Of a stretch of 29,956 bases of DNA, positions 24,147 through 29,956 are shown piece by piece. Both the position numbers and the translations under genes were made by a program. Position 1 is the stretch's first letter. The number at the start of each line of letters is the position of its first letter. The notes below the pieces were generated by a model that ran no database searches, was not told the DNA's origin, and saw only the letters and a list, made by a program, of their open reading frames with translations. Origin of the DNA: an uncultured bacterium (GTDB lineage Bacteria; Abyssobacteria; SURF-5); NCBI GenBank assembly GCA_964510165.1, contig CAZEBC010000026.1:1-29956 (forward strand), written 5' to 3'.

Positions 24147-25706
24147 ATGAAGAAAATGCGACGTCAATGGATAATCAGCCTCCTCGGAATGCTTGCTTGT
24201 TCAGCCCCTCTGTTCGTCGGCGCCGGCTGCGGGCAACCGGCAGAAGGAATTTCTATGCCGGCGAATAAAGCCGCATCCGAACCGCCGCCCCAAACCCTCA
24301 TCGAGTCGCGCGTCCTGATGGCTCGGCCCGAAGTGTTCGATACGTTTGAACGGCCGCCCGTTGTCTTCGACCATCGAAAACATACCGAAACGCTCAGCGA
24401 GGAAGGCTGTCAAACCTGCCACCCTGCCGATGCTGAGGGAAAAGTCAATTATGAATATGTGGCATGGCGCGAACTGGCCGACAGGCGCGCGTTGATAGAC
24501 GCCTATCACGAAAGATGCAACCAGTGCCATTACGAAGGTGCAACAAGCGGAGGCAAGAAGGTCCGCGCGCTCACCTGCGGCGAATGCCACCTCGATACGA
24601 CCGAGTATCTCAAGCCCGAATGGTATCCGGCCACCTTCGACCATTTTCCGCATATCGCCGCCATGGAGAAAGGTTGCGACACCTGTCACCACAGGTACGA
24701 CGAACAACAGAAGAAGCTGGTGTATGAGAAGGGACAGGAAGAATCCTGCGGCAATTGCCACAAGGACACGCCTGAAGAGAACAGGGACCCGCTCCGCAAG
24801 GTCGGCCACACCGGCTGCATCGGTTGCCACGAGAAGGAATACCTCGCGGGAAATAAGGAAATCGACCCGTACTCCTGTAACGAATGTCATCGGCCCGAGG
24901 CAAAACCCAGTGTGCCGGACGAGCGGGAAATGGTGGCCCGCGTGTATCAGGCCAATCCCGGCCAACTCCTCATCAGCTATCCCGGCGCGATTTTGCCGCC
25001 CGTCGCCTTCGACCACGAAAAGCACGACCCGAAGCAGGAATGCGCGAAGTGCTGTCACAACTTCCACGTGAGAACGCTCGTCGCCATGGACATGCGCTTC
25101 AAGCAGACTTCCGACTCCTGCCAGCAATGTCACGAAAAGGCCGACATCTCAGTGAGGCCAGGCTGCGTTCAGGCCGACAAGATTTACCACGACCCCGAAT
25201 CGCCCAACAGTTGCATCGGGTGTCACACTCAGAAAAACAAGGAAGACGGAGAGGAGAAGAGGCCCGTGAGCTGCAAGGGATGCCATAAAGGCACCCTCAG
25301 CGCCGCTCCCAGACCCGTTGCAATGGAACCCCTCGACGCCGAAAAGGGGCCGGAGACCTATGTCATCGCCCGGCTCTCAAGAAAATATCTTCCCGTCAAG
25401 TTCCCGCACCTTCAACACACGAAGATGATCCCGGACTGCCAGTCCTGCCATCACCACGGACCGGAAAAACAGATGCCCACATGCAACACCTGCCACGGCG
25501 AGCCGCTCGACTTCATGAAACTCACCAAGCCGCGGCTCATCAGCGCCTATCACCGCATGTGCATGGGCTGCCATAGAGACATGGGAACGGGGCCGGTCAC
25601 TTGCGCCAAGTGCCACGAGGAACGAGAAACCATCTATCCCTCAAGCCAACACCTGACGACATCTGTGACGCCCGCGGAAGCAGTTGTATTGGAAGAGAAG
25701 CTCTGA
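24147..25706 (+). CDS. hmcA: High-molecular-weight cytochrome c3-type protein, HmcA-like, 15 heme motifs
   Basis: 14 CxxCH plus CAKCCH arranged 3+4+4+4; HmcA-like segments CHHRYDEQQKKLVY..EESC and AYHRMCMGCH; signal peptide with possible lipobox Cys. Confidence 0.8.
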   Translation: MKKMRRQWIISLLGMLACSAPLFVGAGCGQPAEGISMPANKAASEPPPQTLIESRVLMARPEVFDTFERPPVVFDHRKHTETLSEEGCQTCHPADAEGKVNYEYVAWRELADRRALIDAYHERCNQCHYEGATSGGKKVRALTCGECHLDTTEYLKPEWYPATFDHFPHIAAMEKGCDTCHHRYDEQQKKLVYEKGQEESCGNCHKDTPEENRDPLRKVGHTGCIGCHEKEYLAGNKEIDPYSCNECHRPEAKPSVPDEREMVARVYQANPGQLLISYPGAILPPVAFDHEKHDPKQECAKCCHNFHVRTLVAMDMRFKQTSDSCQQCHEKADISVRPGCVQADKIYHDPESPNSCIGCHTQKNKEDGEEKRPVSCKGCHKGTLSAAPRPVAMEPLDAEKGPETYVIARLSRKYLPVKFPHLQHTKMIPDCQSCHHHGPEKQMPTCNTCHGEPLDFMKLTKPRLISAYHRMCMGCHRDMGTGPVTCAKCHEERETIYPSSQHLTTSVTPAEAVVLEEKL

Positions 25707-25713
25707 AGAAGCG

Positions 25714-25775
25714 GCGGGAATGATAGCTCTGGCGAGCATGTCCAAAATGTCATTCCCGCAAAAGCGGGAATCCAG
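25714..25775. repeat. REP-like palindrome GTCATTCCCGCAAAAGCGGGAATCCAG with upstream inverted half-copy
   Basis: 25749-25775 ATTCCCGC-AAAA-GCGGGAAT; GCGGGAATGA (25714-25723) can also pair with TCATTCCCGC (25750-25759); lies between the convergent cytochrome gene and tRNA. Confidence 0.75.
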
Positions 25776-25865
25776 GATTGATTCTTCTTGAGTCAAGTCT
25801 CGCTTGTGGCGGGGGTGAAAGCGCTCGCAATGATGGGGGGTCCACAAGTCCTTGTCTCTCAACGG

Positions 25866-25950
25866 TGCCGGAGGAGGGAATCGAACCCTCATGGTGCCAA
25901 GCACCGGGGGATTTTGAGTCCCCTGCGTCTACCAGTTCCACCACTCCGGC
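25866..25950 (-). tRNA. tRNA-Leu (anticodon CAA)
   Basis: Acceptor GCCGGAG/CTCCGGC, D-loop GGAACTGGTAGA, anticodon arm GGGGA-CTCAAAA-TCCCC, long variable arm, T-arm GAGGG-TTCGATT-CCCTC; discriminator A followed by CCG, so CCA is not fully encoded. Confidence 0.97.
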
Positions 25951-25965
25951 AACTCAACCGCCTTA

Positions 25966-25994
25966 AAATTACCAAATTCGCCGGGCTTTGTCAA
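25966..25994 (-). promoter_or_regulatory. sigma70 promoter of tRNA-Leu
   Basis: TTGACA, 17 nt spacer, TAATTT with extended TG. Confidence 0.8.
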
Positions 25995-25999
25995 TCCGA

Positions 26000-27034
26000 T
26001 TACTCGTACAACGCCCTGGTTTCAGGGTCCATTGCGGCGAGCCGTTTGGCCGCCTCCTCCGGCGGCATAGACTCGACCGAACCATCGGTACTCTGCACCA
26101 CGCAGCCGCTTTCGGTCAGCATCTTGTAACGCCTCTTCCGTTCTTCTTTGTCGGGCGCGCACACAAGCTGACACATGCCGCACGTCATGCTGAACTTGCC
26201 GTCTATCAACGGGTGAATCCGCGCCCCTTCCATGGCCGGTCTGCGAGTGTGGATATCAAGATGCTGCATGAGGGCTGGCCCGAAATCTTCATCTCTTACC
26301 GGAATCGGGAACCGGCCGGGCGACCACGTGGACCACTTGCCCGAGGGATGCAGCCCGGTGAATCCGCCGCACACGTATCCGCATCGGTTATACTCGCGAC
26401 GCTTCGCGTAGGTGATCTCAACGCCCCCAATCGTCACTCGTTCTTCTTCCTCCGGGTCCATCAGGCCCGACAGACAGGATGCCATGCAGATGCGGCAGCC
26501 GTCGCAGTAATTCTCTTCTTTCGGAAGCGGGGCGGTCGGCTCCAGCTCGGCCGTCGTGACAACGCCGCCGAGAATTATCGCAGCGCCCTCGTTTTTCGTT
26601 ATCGCGTTGCCCGAGAGGCTCATATGCGCGACTCCGCAACGCACCGCAAGGTATCGGAGCGAGATGTCGGGCTTCATGTCAAACATCCCGCGCGGCGTGT
26701 CCTCCCTGTACACCTGGTTCGACGCCACCGGATAAGAGGGGTACCCCTTCTGCTCCAGGAATCTCGCGAGGTCGAGCGCGATGCCGCTTGCCACCTTGTT
26801 GGCACGGGTGTTGTCTTTCTGCTGCGAAAGGTGGTCCCTCTTCATCAGGTACGGCGGAATGAATTTCTGGTCGAGCGGGACCGCGAAGCTCACCGCCGAC
26901 TTCGCGCCCGGCAGGACGTACTCAAGGTCCACTGAGGGCGGCCCGCCCGCAAGCGTTTCAGCCGTCGCAAATCCGATTGCGCACGCGCCCTCCCCCGTCA
27001 CCCTGTCGATTATAAGCTGCTCTAAACTGTACAT
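26000..27034 (-). CDS. QueG/reductive-dehalogenase-like 2x[4Fe-4S] (probably cobalamin) protein, paralog 2
   Basis: LPGAKSAVSFAV, ISLRYLAVRCGVAHMSLSGN, CDGCRICMASC, RCGYVC, CGMCQLVC; SD GAGGAG; no Tat signal. Confidence 0.75.
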   Translation of the reverse strand: MYSLEQLIIDRVTGEGACAIGFATAETLAGGPPSVDLEYVLPGAKSAVSFAVPLDQKFIPPYLMKRDHLSQQKDNTRANKVASGIALDLARFLEQKGYPSYPVASNQVYREDTPRGMFDMKPDISLRYLAVRCGVAHMSLSGNAITKNEGAAIILGGVVTTAELEPTAPLPKEENYCDGCRICMASCLSGLMDPEEEERVTIGGVEITYAKRREYNRCGYVCGGFTGLHPSGKWSTWSPGRFPIPVRDEDFGPALMQHLDIHTRRPAMEGARIHPLIDGKFSMTCGMCQLVCAPDKEERKRRYKMLTESGCVVQSTDGSVESMPPEEAAKRLAAMDPETRALYE

Positions 27035-27061
27035 GGTGCAGTCTCCTCGTTGTCCTCGCGC

Positions 27062-28102
27062 TTACTCGTAACACGCGCGTGTTTCCGAATCCATCGCGGC
27101 GACGCGCTCGGCCGCTTCGGCGGGCGACACGACATCGAGCGAGCCGTCCGTATTCTGCACGACGCATCCGCTCTCGGTCAACACCTTATAGCGGCGCTTC
27201 CTCTCTTCCTTGTCCGCGACGCAGATGATCTGGCAATTGCCGCACGTGAGCCCGATGCGTTTGTCGAGAAGCGGGTTGTAGAAACCGCCGTCGAGCGAGG
27301 GCCTTTGGAGATAAGCTTCCACCCCGCGCGCCAATGCCCGCCTGAATTCCCGGTCTGTTTCGGGTATCGGCAGCCGGCCGGGCGACCAGGTTGACCACTT
27401 TCCCGACGGATGAAGCCCGGTGAATCCGCCGCAGACGTATTCGCAGCGATGATAGTTGCGCCGCTTGGAATACGTGTGCTCAGTCCCGCCGAGCGTGACG
27501 CGCGCCTCTTCCTCCGGGTCCATCAGGCCCGACGCGCACGACGCGATGCACAGGCGGCAGCCGTCGCAGTAGTTCTCTTCCTTGGGCAAAGGCGGCGTGG
27601 GCTCCAGTTCCGCGCTCGTGACCACTCCTCCGAGCACAATCGCCGCGCCCTCCTTTTTCCTGAGCACGTTGCCGGACAAACCAAACGACGCGACACCCGA
27701 GGCAACCGCAAGATATCGGTGCGAGATGTCGGGTATCAAGTCGAGGATACCCCCCGGCGAACTGTCCGCCCTGTAGAAGTTGTTCGAGTTAAGTGGACGC
27801 GAGCGGTACCCACGCTGCTCCAGATAACTCGCAAGCTCAAACGAGATGCCGCTCGAAATGATGTGCGCACGGATGTGGTCGTGCTGATAGGAGCGACGGT
27901 CCTTCTTTGACAGAAACGGCTCTATCCGGCTCTGGTCAAGGGCGACGGCAAAGCTCACCGCCGACTTCGCCTCCGAAAGAACGTAGCTGATATCGGCAGT
28001 CGGCGGCCCGCCCGCGAGCGTTTCTCTCGTCGCCACCCCCACCGCGCAGGCGAAACCCTCGCACATTACATAGTCCATAACGGTCTGGGTCAAACTGTCC
28101 AC
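27062..28102 (-). CDS. QueG/reductive-dehalogenase-like 2x[4Fe-4S] (probably cobalamin) protein, paralog 1
   Basis: AKSAVSFAV, ISHRYLAVASGVASFGLSGN, CDGCRLCIASC, RCEYVC, CGNCQIIC; GTG start with SD AGGAG. Confidence 0.75.
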   Translation of the reverse strand: MDSLTQTVMDYVMCEGFACAVGVATRETLAGGPPTADISYVLSEAKSAVSFAVALDQSRIEPFLSKKDRRSYQHDHIRAHIISSGISFELASYLEQRGYRSRPLNSNNFYRADSSPGGILDLIPDISHRYLAVASGVASFGLSGNVLRKKEGAAIVLGGVVTSAELEPTPPLPKEENYCDGCRLCIASCASGLMDPEEEARVTLGGTEHTYSKRRNYHRCEYVCGGFTGLHPSGKWSTWSPGRLPIPETDREFRRALARGVEAYLQRPSLDGGFYNPLLDKRIGLTCGNCQIICVADKEERKRRYKVLTESGCVVQNTDGSLDVVSPAEAAERVAAMDSETRACYE

Positions 28103-28151
28103 CGGCCTTCTCCTTTCTGATTCGCGAATACATGCCGCCCTAAGAGCTCTT

Positions 28152-29240
28152 TCATATGGCGTCGTTGACAGAACACGTCATCCCCGGCGCCTCCCCCGGC
28201 ATAAAGCATTGCAGACAGCCGGTGCATTCATTTACTTCATTGGCGCGCCCTGTGAGCGACTTGGTCACGAGTTCAGGGTCGGCGATCAGTCCCCGCCCAA
28301 TGGCGACCATGTCGGCCTTGCCGTCACGAAGGGCAGCTTCGGCCTGCTCGAGTCTGATGATGCCGCCGACGCCGATGACGGGGATGCTGACGCGCCTCTT
28401 GATTTCGCCCGCCAACCTGAGCAGTTCTCCCTCGGCGGCTTCCTGAATCATGCGCGGGCCGGAATCAATGCCGCCCGCGGAGACATGAATCACGTCGAGG
28501 CCGCTTTCGACGAACATGGCGATCAGTTCGGCGCTTTCCTCCAGCGTCAGACCGCCATCAACGTATTCTTCAACACTCATCCGCAATCCGAGAACGAAAT
28601 CCTCGCCTACCCGCTTACGCGCCAAACGAAGTATTTCCCGCACGATGCGGCTGCGGTTCTCGGTGCTGCCGCCGTACTTGTCAGTTCGCTGATTCGAAGC
28701 GGGCGAGAGGAACTGATTCAGCAGAAAACTATGCGCTCCGTGGAATTCGACGAGGGACGCTCCGGCGTCCTTTGCCGCCTCCGCCGCATGCGCGAACTGA
28801 CCGATAAGCTCCTCCACCTCTCGGCCCGTCAACTCGCGCGGCGTCGCCGCGCCCATCGGCGAAGGGATCGGCGATGGACCGACAACGTCGCCCCCGGCAA
28901 GTTCAAGCGACAAGACCCGACCGCCATGATTCAGTTGCACGGCGGGGACCGAGCCGGCCATCCTGATGGCCGCGAACAGTTCTCGCGCCGAATCCACGTG
29001 GCTGTCGTCGTAAAGACATAGCGACTGCGGGCCCAGCCGAGACCTGGGCGAAATGCCCGTCGCGCCGACGATCGACAACCCCACATTGTTACGAGCGATA
29101 GTCTCATGAAATCGAATGAGACGCTCGCTCGCCATGCCGTCCGGCGTCGCATAATTGGTCATGACCGGCGGGAACACAACCCTGTTGCGAAAGGTCGTAT
29201 TCTTGATAGTGAACGGTTGTCTGAGCAGGTCGTACGCCAT
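28152..29240 (-). CDS. NADH:flavin oxidoreductase / Old Yellow Enzyme family with C-terminal Fe-S motif
   Basis: FRNRVVFPP, QLNHGGR, EFHGAHSFLLNQFLSP, NQRTDKYGGSTENRSR, GRGLIADP, CTGCLQC-X10-CSVN. Confidence 0.92.
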   Translation of the reverse strand: MAYDLLRQPFTIKNTTFRNRVVFPPVMTNYATPDGMASERLIRFHETIARNNVGLSIVGATGISPRSRLGPQSLCLYDDSHVDSARELFAAIRMAGSVPAVQLNHGGRVLSLELAGGDVVGPSPIPSPMGAATPRELTGREVEELIGQFAHAAEAAKDAGASLVEFHGAHSFLLNQFLSPASNQRTDKYGGSTENRSRIVREILRLARKRVGEDFVLGLRMSVEEYVDGGLTLEESAELIAMFVESGLDVIHVSAGGIDSGPRMIQEAAEGELLRLAGEIKRRVSIPVIGVGGIIRLEQAEAALRDGKADMVAIGRGLIADPELVTKSLTGRANEVNECTGCLQCFMPGEAPGMTCSVNDAI

Positions 29241-29298
29241 ATGCTTTCTCCGCCTTTGTGGATCACTCCATTAATTGGCTCGAAGATGACATCCACCC

Positions 29299-29868
29299 TT
29301 ACAACAGGCGCCGCAGCGTCCCAATGCTTCTTTCCATGACTTGCGGGTCCCGATGCGTTTTCCTCAAGAGGAACGACCCTTGAATCACGGCGATGGCAAA
29401 CTCGGCAACTTCCTTCGAAGCCAAGTCCTTCGGGAAATCCCCCGATTCCTTCCCCTCTTCAAGACATTCCTCCAATCGCTCGGCGATGTTGCGAAAGAAA
29501 TCGCTGAGAGTCTGGCGGAATGGCTCGTGGATACAACTCATTTCCTGGGCCAGATTCCCGAATGGACAGCCCAATTCACCCTCGGCCGAACAGCCGATCG
29601 AGAGGATCCTGTCGAGCAGCGCATCCAAACGCTCTGACGGGCGCAACTCGTGGTTGTCGAGCGACGGCGCCACGACAGATTCGTACCACCAGCGCATCCT
29701 CCGCCCCAGCACTTCAAAACCTAGCTGTTCCTTGGTCTCAAAATGGTAGTAGAAGTTGTTTCTAAACACTGACGACGCATCAAGAATATCCTGCACGCTG
29801 GTGTTGTGGTATCCCTTGGCATGGAAGAGTCTCGCCGCCGCCGAGACCAGTTGTTTTCTGGCATCCAT
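29299..29868 (-). CDS. TetR/AcrR family repressor (NemR/LmrA-YxaF-like)
   Basis: AARLFHAKGYHNTSVQDI...FYYHFETKE HTH; C-terminal GCPFGNLAQEMS; SD GGAGG. Confidence 0.93.
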   Translation of the reverse strand: MDARKQLVSAAARLFHAKGYHNTSVQDILDASSVFRNNFYYHFETKEQLGFEVLGRRMRWWYESVVAPSLDNHELRPSERLDALLDRILSIGCSAEGELGCPFGNLAQEMSCIHEPFRQTLSDFFRNIAERLEECLEEGKESGDFPKDLASKEVAEFAIAVIQGSFLLRKTHRDPQVMERSIGTLRRLL

Positions 29869-29885
29869 AGCCAGCGGCCTCCTTG

Positions 29886-29905
29886 TTTGGACCGGTTAGT
29901 CCAAA
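29886..29905. promoter_or_regulatory. Palindromic TetR operator
   Basis: TTTGGAC-N6-GTCCAAA immediately downstream of the -10 box, over the expected start site. Confidence 0.8.
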
Positions 29906-29933
29906 TTGTATCCCACCCTGAACGGTTTGTCAA
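29905..29933 (-). promoter_or_regulatory. sigma70 promoter of the tetR-OYE operon
   Basis: TTGACA (29933-29928), 17 nt spacer, TACAAT (29910-29905). Confidence 0.88.
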
Positions 29934-29956
29934 GAAGACAAAGGAGACAACGTTTT

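Noticed and set aside
25864-25890. tRNA-Leu 3' end as attachment site of an island carrying the qrc-tmc block
   Set aside because: No integrase and no convincing duplicated tRNA end in the window; the TGCCGGAGGA match at 18051-18060 is 10 bp inside qrcB and expected by chance.
26000-28102. Annotating the paralogs as queG or respiratory rdhA
   Set aside because: Divergent motifs, QueH already present, and no Tat leader or rdhB.

Overview
GC-rich chromosomal window from a diderm, probably strictly anaerobic bacterium with Desulfobacterota-type energy modules; taxonomy cannot be fixed from the sequence alone. Left to right: (1) a DEDDh exonuclease fused to a WYL domain; (2) a sigma70-driven yebC-ruvCAB-queH-queA cluster; (3) a minus-strand crotonase, alpha/beta hydrolase and an unannotated 46-aa membrane protein; (4) a metal-uptake operon (His-rich outer-membrane barrel, ZnuA-like, ZnuB-like, no ATPase) led by a CxxC...RAPP arrest-peptide-like uORF; (5) an OrpR-like PAS/AAA+/HTH sigma54 activator and two near-identical divergent sigma54 promoters, one driving NifB/NifX-DUF1847 plus a USP-like gene, the other a ~10.3 kb hybrid operon qrcABCD-small membrane protein-tmcDCB-15-heme HmcA-like cytochrome; (6) tRNA-Leu(CAA); (7) an autoregulated TetR-OYE-2x QueG/RdhA-like Fe-S operon. 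Intergenic regions carry REP-like palindromes of several families. No transposase, integrase or CRISPR array is visible. Best novelty candidates: the RAPP-uORF metal-uptake switch, the sigma54-controlled Qrc-Tmc-Hmc hybrid, and the TetR/OYE/tandem cobalamin-Fe-S reductase cassette. Family assignments come from recalled motifs, not database searches.
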